Shown piece after piece: positions 1-7,490 of a stretch of DNA of 64,000 nucleotides (its first letter is position 1; the number at the start of each line of letters is the position of its first letter). The DNA comes from Candidatus Hadarchaeota archaeon. Lineage in GTDB: Archaea; Hadarchaeota; Hadarchaeia; Hadarchaeales; JAGGTB01. Where the stretch lies: the NCBI GenBank assembly GCA_964384105.1, contig CAYLJV010000001.1:586594-650593 (forward strand), read 5' to 3'. Position numbers and translations under genes: made by a program. A model generated the notes under the pieces. The model was not told where the DNA came from. It was given only the letters and a program-made list of their open reading frames with translations, and ran no database searches.

Positions 1-242
1 AGTAGAAATAGTTTAAAAAATGGTTTTTTCCCAGTCCAAGCCATATAGAGTATATAGAAAATAATAATGTATGCCAAAAAGCCAGTGAAGCTTACGAAAT
101 TCATCGAAAGATCGAATACAAGGTATCCTATCGCCACCGCGGCTCCGTACATCAGGAGAGCCTTCATTGCGAATCGATAGGACGATATTCCGAAGGGTGT
201 GATGAGGAGGATGGCAAAGAGGAGGTGGTTCAGATTATCCAT
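1..242 (-). CDS. Partial membrane protein. N-terminal part only; the gene continues past the window start.
   Basis: The reverse strand has an ATG at 242 (+ strand 'ccatgg') and an open frame to position 1. The translation is hydrophobic (MDNLNHLLFAILLITPFGISSYRFAMKALLMYGAAVAIGYLVFDLSMNFVSF...). It is not in the ORF track because it has no stop inside the window. Confidence 0.35.
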   Translation of the reverse strand, partial: MDNLNHLLFAILLITPFGISSYRFAMKALLMYGAAVAIGYLVFDLSMNFVSFTGFLAYIIIFYILYMAWTGKKPFFKLFL

Positions 243-407
243 GGCAACTCGTTTGATCCTTTGAGATTCTAACGTTTTATTTTTGTGAGTTTTGCGCCTC
301 TTTGAGTGATTAATTTGATTTAATTTATTTCAGAAAGTTATTGGAAAAACTACCAATCGACTTTGATAATCTATTGGCCGTCTTTCGACTTTCTACAGCT
401 TCCTTGA

Positions 408-635
408 TTACATTACTATGTTTGTGGTAGTCTTTTTTACTCCGTCCGTTCCCCTAATTTTTTCGACGACTTCGTCTCTGAGTGTAGATATGTTTTCGGC
501 TTCGGCATGAACTATAATATCGTATGGTCCTGTGAGCATGTCTGTATCCTTCACGGACTTCAGTTTTCTAAGACTTTCGACGACTTCTCGCATTTTACCA
601 ACCTCGGTATTTATTAAAATATAGGCTCTAACCAA
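408..635 (-). CDS. Stand-alone Lrp/AsnC C-terminal (RAM) ligand-binding domain protein
   Basis: 75 aa. The 'AYILINTEVGK...V..L.......D..MLTGPYDIIVHAEAEN...L...V..KI....GV' pattern is typical of the AsnC-type RAM domain. It is a paralog of the ORF at 9518..9754. Confidence 0.6.
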   Translation of the reverse strand: MVRAYILINTEVGKMREVVESLRKLKSVKDTDMLTGPYDIIVHAEAENISTLRDEVVEKIRGTDGVKKTTTNIVM

Positions 636-809
636 TTGATACCCTCCACTTAATATTCGACAATCAACTCCTTATATTTTTGTAGTATTCCAATCTGTTT
701 TCTTAGTTAGTATTCTTCGAGTTTTGATATTTTTTCTTGAAATTGCCGTGAATTTAGTTTCGGCTATGAATAGAAATAGGATCTAAACTAGAAAATTACA
801 TTTACTCTT

Positions 810-1157
810 ATGAGAATAAACGAGTTGAAGTGGTGTAGCTTTGTGATCTGCGAGATGTGTAGTGGAAAGGTCCCAGAAGGTGCAAACTATTGTCCGAGTT
901 GTGGTGCCCGAGTAGACCTAGTAAGAAAAGAAAAAATTTTGGTCTCTGCAGACGATCTGGTGAGCGAGGTTAAAGAGTTAATACACGAGGGAAACGTTAC
1001 GAGGATCGTGATACGAGATGAAGGAGGAAAGGTACTTTTAGACATGCCTGTTACCGTCGGAGTCTTAGGTTTCATGCTAGCTCCTTGGCTCGCAGCGGTA
1101 GGGGCGGTAGCCGCATTGGCTACTAAATGCACTATAGTGGTAGAGAGACTGGAATGA
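810..1157 (+). CDS. Zinc-ribbon / DUF4342-like protein
   Basis: N-terminal CxxC...CPSC zinc ribbon. The C-terminal 'VTRIVIRDEGGKVLLDMPVTVGVLGFMLAPWLAAVGAVAALATKCTIVVER' matches my memory of the DUF4342 signature. Confidence 0.5.
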   Translation: MRINELKWCSFVICEMCSGKVPEGANYCPSCGARVDLVRKEKILVSADDLVSEVKELIHEGNVTRIVIRDEGGKVLLDMPVTVGVLGFMLAPWLAAVGAVAALATKCTIVVERLE

Positions 1158-1237
1158 CGTCTGTTGGGGGAGAAATATCACGTTATCTAACTGGGTTGGT
1201 CTCTGCTTTTCTCTGATTCTCACGATAAGATGGAGTT

Positions 1238-1480
1238 TTGTTTCATTATATCGTTAGGATTCTCTTTTTCACAGAGAAGTCTACCGCAGTATGGGCAGTA
1301 TTCCTGGGGCTCATCACAGTCTATTTCCCGTACTATTTTACCGCATTGGCATCTGTACTTCTTTCTAATTGGTATTTCCTGTTTATAAGGCAAAGAAACC
1401 CGCCTCCGAGACCTGCTTATTTCTATCTAGCCGGCATCCTGTTAAAAGGCTTTCCGGTTCTTACCATTCGGCTTATTTGA
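1238..1480 (+). CDS. Hypothetical small hydrophobic protein, possibly spurious
   Basis: 80-aa low-complexity hydrophobic ORF in an otherwise ORF-poor 500-bp gap. There is no recognisable motif and no obvious RBS. Confidence 0.15.
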   Translation: MFHYIVRILFFTEKSTAVWAVFLGLITVYFPYYFTALASVLLSNWYFLFIRQRNPPPRPAYFYLAGILLKGFPVLTIRLI

Positions 1481-1664
1481 ATTCGAGGTAGAGTTTTACT
1501 ACATAGATCTCTTTCTTATGTTTTTTATTTGAATGAATTGAATTAATCAAAAAAGAGTGTGACTGGGGCTTACTAATAATAGGTCTCTCAAGTTTTGAAC
1601 TGCTTATAAGATTGCATTAGAGCTCTCTTCACATGAGAATTTCGTAAAGAGAATTTTAGAGGAG

Positions 1665-2549
1665 GTGAAATTTGTGGAGTATAGTCCTTATCCTAAAGGG
1701 AAAGGAAAAGTAAAATGGGTTTCTACAGATTGGCTCGAAAAGAATCTAGAAGATAAAAATTTAATGGTTATGGACATTCAACCTGATATACACGATTATA
1801 TAACAGAACATATCCCAGAATCAGTATATTTTAACCAGCGTTTGCTTCGTGTGCCTATGAATGGAAGGCCCGGTGTTTACGTTCCTGAAAAGGTGATCGA
1901 ATCACTCTTTAATAGAATTGGTCTCGTGGCTGATACACCAGTTGTTGTTTATACAGGTGTGGGTGATTTCAGGGGGTGGGGCGATGGTTTGGAACAGACT
2001 ATGATGGCATATTCATTAGCCAGATTTGGACATGACAATATTTACGTTTTGGACGGTGGTCTCGATAAATGGAAAAATGAAGATAAAGAACTTACCAAAA
2101 AATTTCCGCAAATAAAAAAATCCGATTTTGATGTCGATGTACGCGAGAATTACAAGGCAGATATGAAAGAAGTTAAGGAAACAAAAGATGATGACGATGT
2201 AATCCTGCTGGATGCTAGGCCACCTGAGATGTATGAGCAACAGTCGATATGGCCAAAGCCTGGTCACATACCTGGAGCTGTGAATCTTCCTTGGAAGAGT
2301 CTTATGTCAGAAGATAATCCTAAGCTTCTGAAACCGGAGAATGAGCTAAAAGATATCCTCGATGAAAAAGAAGTAACAAAGGATAAGAAAATTATTTGTT
2401 CTTGTGGAACTGGAAGAGAAGCCACCAATGAGTTTATTTTACTCAGGTGGTATTTTGATTTTCAGGAAGTTAAGAACTACGAGGGTTCATTTACTGAGTG
2501 GGCTGCTTATCCCGAGAATCCGGTAGTTACTGGAAAGGAACCGTATTAG
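1665..2549 (+). CDS. Rhodanese-domain sulfurtransferase (thiosulfate/3-mercaptopyruvate sulfurtransferase-like, two rhodanese domains)
   Basis: 294 aa. It has the tandem rhodanese architecture and an active-site Cys loop 'CSCGTGREA' near the C-terminus. The start is GTG, immediately preceded by AGAGGAGG. Confidence 0.8.
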   Translation: MKFVEYSPYPKGKGKVKWVSTDWLEKNLEDKNLMVMDIQPDIHDYITEHIPESVYFNQRLLRVPMNGRPGVYVPEKVIESLFNRIGLVADTPVVVYTGVGDFRGWGDGLEQTMMAYSLARFGHDNIYVLDGGLDKWKNEDKELTKKFPQIKKSDFDVDVRENYKADMKEVKETKDDDDVILLDARPPEMYEQQSIWPKPGHIPGAVNLPWKSLMSEDNPKLLKPENELKDILDEKEVTKDKKIICSCGTGREATNEFILLRWYFDFQEVKNYEGSFTEWAAYPENPVVTGKEPY

Positions 2550-2590
2550 ATTGGTTAAAACTTTCAGACCTTTTCTTTTTTTATTTTTAA
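2550..2590 (+). terminator. Oligo-T tract (archaeal-type terminator candidate) after the rhodanese gene
   Basis: The sequence 'ccttttctttttttatttttaa' lies directly downstream of the stop. Archaeal termination commonly uses T-runs. Confidence 0.3.
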
Positions 2591-2631
2591 TAGATCGTAT
2601 GAGTTAAGTAGATTAATGAGAAGGTGAAAAT

Positions 2632-3267
2632 TTGGTAACAAAAATTTTGGTTACTTTCTACTCTTCTTACGGTCATATATACAAGCTTGCTCAGTCGGTG
2701 AAAGAGGGTGTCAATAAAGTAGAGGATACGAGGGTTAAAATGAGACGGATACCCGAGCTTCAAGAAGCTAAAAAGAGGTTGAGTGGTAATGAGGCTTATC
2801 AGAAGGCCCAGAAGGAACAGGCCGAAATACCCGAAGTATCCCTAGACGACCTCAGGGGGGCTGATGGTGTATGTTGGGGAACTCCAACTAGATATGGCAA
2901 TATGGCATCTCAGGTGAAACAATTCCTTGATTCTACTGGTGAGTTATGGCAGGAGGGCGCCCTTGAAGATAAGCCTGCTGGGATATTTACTTCCACGGCT
3001 ACTATTCACGGAGGACAGGAAACTACTATAATATCGTCTCTTATACCACTGATGCATTTAGGGATGGTAATAGTCGGAACACCCTACGGCCAGAATCCTC
3101 AGATAAGGACAATTGAGGCGATAGGTGGTTCTCCTTATGGACCCTCTACGATAGTAGGTCTCGATGGGAGTAGACAGCCTGTCGAAAAAGAATTGGAAAC
3201 AGCACGCAACTTAGGCACTCGAGTTGCAAAGGTAGCTAAAAACCTAAAAAAGATGCGAGAAAGTTAA
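2632..3267 (+). CDS. wrbA: NAD(P)H:quinone oxidoreductase, WrbA/flavodoxin-like
   Basis: 211 aa. The N-terminus 'ILVTFYSSYGHIYKLAQSVKEG' and the overall length match the WrbA type IV NQO family. The start is TTG, preceded by GAAGGTGAAAA. Confidence 0.75.
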   Translation: MVTKILVTFYSSYGHIYKLAQSVKEGVNKVEDTRVKMRRIPELQEAKKRLSGNEAYQKAQKEQAEIPEVSLDDLRGADGVCWGTPTRYGNMASQVKQFLDSTGELWQEGALEDKPAGIFTSTATIHGGQETTIISSLIPLMHLGMVIVGTPYGQNPQIRTIEAIGGSPYGPSTIVGLDGSRQPVEKELETARNLGTRVAKVAKNLKKMRES

Positions 3268-3327
3268 TTTATCTGTTTTTATGTTCTTATTTTAGAAATT
3301 AAGGACTTAGGACATAAATTTTAATTT

Positions 3328-3594
3328 TTAGAGTTTTGAACAAACACTTTCCATAAATTTCAAGGCTTTTATCATTTCTTTTCCTTTTTTTGTGACCCGA
3401 TAGCTTTCATCCCCCTTGTCGTTCTTACTTTCGTATTTTTCAATGTAACCATCTTCAATGAGAACGGAGAGGTATTTTTCTGCCATGTACCAATCGAGGT
3501 TGGCAAATCTGATAATTTGGGTTTTTTTGCAGTCTCTTTTTTCGTTAACAGTTTCAAAAATGTCTAACAGGATTTCGCAAGTGCTTCTAGTCAT
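3328..3594 (-). CDS. Small winged-helix DNA-binding protein (HTH_45-like)
   Basis: 88 aa. 'ILLDI...........I...ANL.W......L..L...G.IE' resembles archaeal wHTH (PF14947-like) proteins. It is a paralog of the ORF at 37124..37387. Confidence 0.55.
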   Translation of the reverse strand: MTRSTCEILLDIFETVNEKRDCKKTQIIRFANLDWYMAEKYLSVLIEDGYIEKYESKNDKGDESYRVTKKGKEMIKALKFMESVCSKL

Positions 3595-3602
3595 TTTTCT
3601 TG

Positions 3603-3634
3603 AATGTAGGCAAACTACATAGATTTCCTACATT
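3603..3634. promoter_or_regulatory. Perfect 8-bp inverted repeat AATGTAGG-N16-CCTACATT in a divergent promoter region
   Basis: It sits 9 nt upstream of the wHTH gene start (3594, minus strand) and about 160 nt upstream of the ATP-cone/sHSP gene. AT-rich TATA-like sequence follows at about 3636-3648. Confidence 0.4.
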
Positions 3635-3792
3635 TAGTATTATTAAGAAGTATCAAATATAAGAATTCAAGCGATCGGAGCTTATTTCGTCTAAAAGAAA
3701 AATTTCGGCCTTAATTGAGAAACAGTAACGATTACTAATCGCTAATCTATTGTTATTGGTTCGAATTAAATGAGAATTGAGGAGGTGAAAAA

Positions 3793-4320
3793 ATGGTTAT
3801 TAATGTAATTAAGAGGGATGGTGAGGAAGAACCTTTTGAGAAGAATAAGATAGTTGATTCTATAGTTAATGCAGGTGCGCCAAAGAAAGTTGCAAAAGAG
3901 ATAGCATCGGAAGTTGAGGATTCGGTTGGTGAGCTCGTATCTACTGAAGAAATAAGAAATATGGTGTTGGCTAGGCTTAAGAAGAGACATAAAAAGTCGG
4001 TTGAAGAGTGGATAAATTACGAAACGGAAGAAAAAGCTAGGGCAAACGTATGTCCTTTGGCTGATATTTATCATGACGGGGAAAAGTATACCTTCAGAAT
4101 AGATCTTCCTGGTGTTTCAAAGGATGAAATAGATTTCAAGATGACAGAAAATGCTTTTTGTCTTACTGCGCCGAAGAAGGCTACTAAGTATTGCGGTTGC
4201 TGGACCTTGCATCACAAGGTTGATATTGAGAAGGCCAAGGCTAAGTTCGAGGATGGAGAATTAACTGTTACAGTGCCTTTGGTTAAGTCCCTTGAAGGAA
4301 AGAAGATCGAGATCGAATAA
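3793..4320 (+). CDS. ATP-cone domain fused to small heat-shock protein (Hsp20/alpha-crystallin domain)
   Basis: 175 aa. Residues 1-80 (MVINVIKRDGEEEPFEKNKIVDSIVNAG...EEIRNMVLARL) match the ATP-cone (NrdR/RNR N-terminal) pattern. Residues about 95-175 (ADIYHDGEKYTFRIDLPGVSKDEIDFKMTENAFCLTAP...AKAKFEDGELTVTVP) match the alpha-crystallin domain. There is a strong SD, GAGGAGGTGAAAAA, before the ATG. Confidence 0.7.
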   Translation: MVINVIKRDGEEEPFEKNKIVDSIVNAGAPKKVAKEIASEVEDSVGELVSTEEIRNMVLARLKKRHKKSVEEWINYETEEKARANVCPLADIYHDGEKYTFRIDLPGVSKDEIDFKMTENAFCLTAPKKATKYCGCWTLHHKVDIEKAKAKFEDGELTVTVPLVKSLEGKKIEIE

Positions 4321-4408
4321 ATACTAATTTCTTGGATTAAGAAATTGGTATATAGTGGGGACCAAACCAGTTATCTTGGTTTTTTCTCTTTCTATTTTTC
4401 TAAATAGT

Positions 4409-5038
4409 CTAGAATATCGGTTTTCCAAGGCCATTTGAAGATGCCTCACATAGATTGTATTCAAGAACCAGTTCACCCGTCTTAGTATCATAAACTTCTA
4501 TTGTATCCTGGAAAACTACGTATTTTGGAACACCGCTTTCGTAATTTCCCATCAAGAATGGGTAAACATCACCTGCTGGATAAGCGCCTTCGTTACGATA
4601 CTCCCCCCATTTTTCTTGATTATTGCTTACTCTCATGATTTTGGCGGACTCCTTTATTCTATATCTAGTATCTGGATCAGTAGTTTGCTCATTCCATCCC
4701 GCTCTCGTTAGCCAACCGAATCTAGTCGTCACCTCATAATCATCGCTATACCAAGTGAAATGATTGAAGCACCATGCACCTATCGATGAGTCTCCTGTGG
4801 GGTTCCAGTCCTCGGACCATTTCATTACAAGCCAAGAATCCTGAGTTCCCGGAAGCCATCCTCCCTCTATCTCCATATCATAGTATCCTAGCCATCCGTT
4901 GAACAGTCTGGCCTTATAATTGAATCCGTATTCGTCGAAACCATTTCTATAATAAGTTGATTTTTCTGCTGTTGATGTTTCTATTCCTATTCCGGCAATT
5001 ACTATCAAAATTAGTCCCAGAACAAGGTATTTTTTCAT
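4409..5038 (-). CDS. Secreted or membrane-anchored hypothetical protein (Trp/Tyr-rich)
   Basis: 209 aa. The N-terminus has a hydrophobic signal/anchor (MKKYLVLGLILIVIAGIGIETSTA). I recognise no catalytic motif. Confidence 0.55.
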   Translation of the reverse strand: MKKYLVLGLILIVIAGIGIETSTAEKSTYYRNGFDEYGFNYKARLFNGWLGYYDMEIEGGWLPGTQDSWLVMKWSEDWNPTGDSSIGAWCFNHFTWYSDDYEVTTRFGWLTRAGWNEQTTDPDTRYRIKESAKIMRVSNNQEKWGEYRNEGAYPAGDVYPFLMGNYESGVPKYVVFQDTIEVYDTKTGELVLEYNLCEASSNGLGKPIF

Positions 5039-5226
5039 TTTTTACCTCTTTTAATCTCAGAAATCGGAATTGTTAGTGCACCTGTAAATTCTTTAACAGG
5101 TCTCTTTATAAATTTAGTAGAAATTGTAGTTCTTAACAAAAGTTATCCAAGTAATGTCTAAAAGAGATTAATTCATTCGATTTACTTAACTATATAAGTT
5201 CACTAAATCTTTCTTTAAAAGGTAAT

Positions 5227-5973
5227 ATGAAAATTTTGCACGTTGACGACGAAGCGGATATTCTAGAACAGTCGAAGATATATCTCGAGGCGGAGGACGA
5301 TCGACTGGACGTTAGGACAGCTATCTCTGCTGAAAAGGGTTTGAAGATGTTGGAGCGGGGAGATTTCGATGCGGTAATCTCGGATTATCAAATGCCCGGC
5401 TTAAATGGCCTGGAATTTTTGGATATTATTAGAAATCAGGAAAAGAGTGACATTCCTTTTATAGTGTTTACTGGAAGAGGCAGAGAGGAAGTTGCCATTA
5501 GAGCTCTTAATCTCGGTGCAAATAGGTATATTCAAAAAGGTGGGGACCCGAAGCCTCAGTTCGTTGTTTTGGCGCGGTCAGTTGTTCAGGAAGTAGAGAG
5601 CAGACTGATGAGAAGGAGATTCAAGGATTTCTTTGAGAATCTTCCCTATATGGCATTTATTATCAATAGTTCGGGAATAGTGGAGGAGTTGAATAATTCT
5701 TTTATTCAAAGTACTGGGTACAAGAAGGAAGAGATAGTAGGAAAACCGATGGTCAGGTTAGTAAATATAATACCGTTTAAAAGTTTACTAAAGTCTGTCC
5801 GTAAATTCTACGAATTTTTACAAAACAATGAGATCTCTCCCTTTGAAATAGAATACAAACATAAAAGTGGGGAGATCCGACGTCTAGAAATTAATGCTGT
5901 TAGTATGGGTAATGACAAGGAGTTAGATCGAGTAATCGGTGTTGCTCGAGATATAACCGATGATAATGAGTAA
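5227..5973 (+). CDS. Response regulator receiver (REC) domain + PAS domain protein
   Basis: 248 aa. 'MKILHVDDEADI...DAVISDYQMPGLNGLEFL' is a CheY-like REC domain. The C-terminal half (YMAFIINSSGIVEELNNSFIQSTGYKKEEIVGKP) is PAS-like. Confidence 0.8.
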   Translation: MKILHVDDEADILEQSKIYLEAEDDRLDVRTAISAEKGLKMLERGDFDAVISDYQMPGLNGLEFLDIIRNQEKSDIPFIVFTGRGREEVAIRALNLGANRYIQKGGDPKPQFVVLARSVVQEVESRLMRRRFKDFFENLPYMAFIINSSGIVEELNNSFIQSTGYKKEEIVGKPMVRLVNIIPFKSLLKSVRKFYEFLQNNEISPFEIEYKHKSGEIRRLEINAVSMGNDKELDRVIGVARDITDDNE

Positions 5974-5998
5974 GACTATTTTCCTCAGATTTTGGTCT

Positions 5999-7006
5999 TT
6001 ATTTCAACCCTTCACTTATGAGGTGAAATTTTAACCCGTATTCGAGGCCTTCTAAGTATGCGGCGATGTCCACCGATCTGACTTTAGGAGCAATTTCCTT
6101 TATTTCTTGGTATTTCTTTTCCCATTCCTCTAATAGATGGTTTCTGACTCCTGAACTTTCTATTTTATCGATATCTTTTTCTTTGATCTCTTCATGCAGG
6201 CTTTCGGGAGAGATAGTTCCATTAATGACAGCGTGTCCAAATATGCCGGAGCTATAATCTCTTTCTTTAAATTCTCTTTTCCAGGTGGTTAACCAGTTTC
6301 CGATCCTGGCCATGTATTGCGATCTCCAGACTATCTCTCGGAGGAGTGGTAAGTCTTGGACTTCGAAATCCGGAGATGACATTATATCAATATCGGTTTG
6401 AGGAAATAGAACCATGTTATGTCCTCCGTATATTTTGGATTCGGTAAGATTTAGCAGGAATGGGTTATTATTTACTAATATTGAGTGATAAAAGGAGTTA
6501 AAAACCTGTTTCATATCATAACGGAATATATTTTTGAATTCTCTAAATCTAGGTAATTTTTTTATCTTTCGTTCTATTTTATCCCATAATTTGGTAGTAA
6601 ACTCTATTTCCTTTTTTTCTAGCGCTTTTTTTGTGCCGATTCTTTTTTTCGGGGTTCCTAGCTGGAATCCTATTCCGCTTTCGAACAGTTCTTCTACTTT
6701 ATAGAGGTCAGCCAAATCGTCGAAAATCGAGACAAAAAGAACCAACATGGTTTTTAGTTCGCCTAGTTCCTGAGTATATTCATCGGGTACTACCGAAAGT
6801 ACGATCCCAGGGTTTCTTTCCGTAGTAAATGTATATACCCATTTCCAGAGGAATCGTTTTCTGTCACCACATTTATCCTCGTATTCGGCTATCAGATTTT
6901 CTAATTCTCCGGGAAGTTTTCTCTCCTTTATTTTATTAACTAGTTCATCTGCCCGTTTGGACTTGGCGAACCCAATTGTTTCTTCTATTGCTCTGCTTTC
7001 TATCAT
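5999..7006 (-). CDS. Class I terpene synthase-like protein (DDxxD + NSE/DTE-like motifs)
   Basis: 335 aa. 'FDDLAD' lies at residues 95-100. 'NWLTTWKRE' lies at residues 237-245 and fits N(D)xx(S/T)xxxE at positions 1, 5 and 9. The roughly 141-aa spacing and the total length match bacterial class I terpene cyclases. There is no second DDxxD, so it is not an isoprenyl diphosphate synthase. Confidence 0.5.
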   Translation of the reverse strand: MIESRAIEETIGFAKSKRADELVNKIKERKLPGELENLIAEYEDKCGDRKRFLWKWVYTFTTERNPGIVLSVVPDEYTQELGELKTMLVLFVSIFDDLADLYKVEELFESGIGFQLGTPKKRIGTKKALEKKEIEFTTKLWDKIERKIKKLPRFREFKNIFRYDMKQVFNSFYHSILVNNNPFLLNLTESKIYGGHNMVLFPQTDIDIMSSPDFEVQDLPLLREIVWRSQYMARIGNWLTTWKREFKERDYSSGIFGHAVINGTISPESLHEEIKEKDIDKIESSGVRNHLLEEWEKKYQEIKEIAPKVRSVDIAAYLEGLEYGLKFHLISEGLK

Positions 7007-7114
7007 TTTTGTCGATCTCTCTACCTACTTAGGGCTTTTTATTTGTAAAAGAGAGGGAAACATAAGTTCGTACATGGGGTAATGTTTTTTTAAGTAGGTG
7101 CTGTAATTTCTCTT

Positions 7115-7435
7115 GTGATAGATTTGTATTTGCAGTTTCTTCCTCACTTTGGAATCGCGATAGGAGCTCTTATTCTGTTGCCATTTATTTGGCTAATAAT
7201 CGGCATTATACTTAGTATTCTCGTCTATAAAGATGCGGAGTCGAGAGGAGAAAACGGTGCTCTATGGCTTTTAGTGGTTTTAATAACAGGAATAATTGGT
7301 TTGATAATTTGGTTAATTGTGAGGCCTAGAAAAAAGCCTATAGGAAGGGAGAAAGGGGTAAAATATTGCTCGGAATGCGGTAGTAGAGTGACCGTGGGCG
7401 ATAAGTATTGTAAGGAATGTGGGAACGAGTTATAG
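7115..7435 (+). CDS. Small membrane protein with C-terminal zinc ribbon
   Basis: 106 aa. It has two predicted TM helices and the C-terminus 'KYCSECGSRVTVGDKYCKECGNEL' (CxxC-x9-CxxC). Confidence 0.5.
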   Translation: MIDLYLQFLPHFGIAIGALILLPFIWLIIGIILSILVYKDAESRGENGALWLLVVLITGIIGLIIWLIVRPRKKPIGREKGVKYCSECGSRVTVGDKYCKECGNEL

Positions 7436-7490
7436 CACTATGGTAGGAAAAACTAAAACCTTATATTTATGCATCAGACTGAGACCATAG

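Noticed and set aside
3740-3775. GGTTCGAATTA resembling a tRNA T-loop, near the upstream region of the sHSP gene.
   Set aside because: The surrounding sequence is AT-rich and cannot form acceptor, D or anticodon stems. The conserved GGTTCGAATCC context is also absent. It is not a tRNA.
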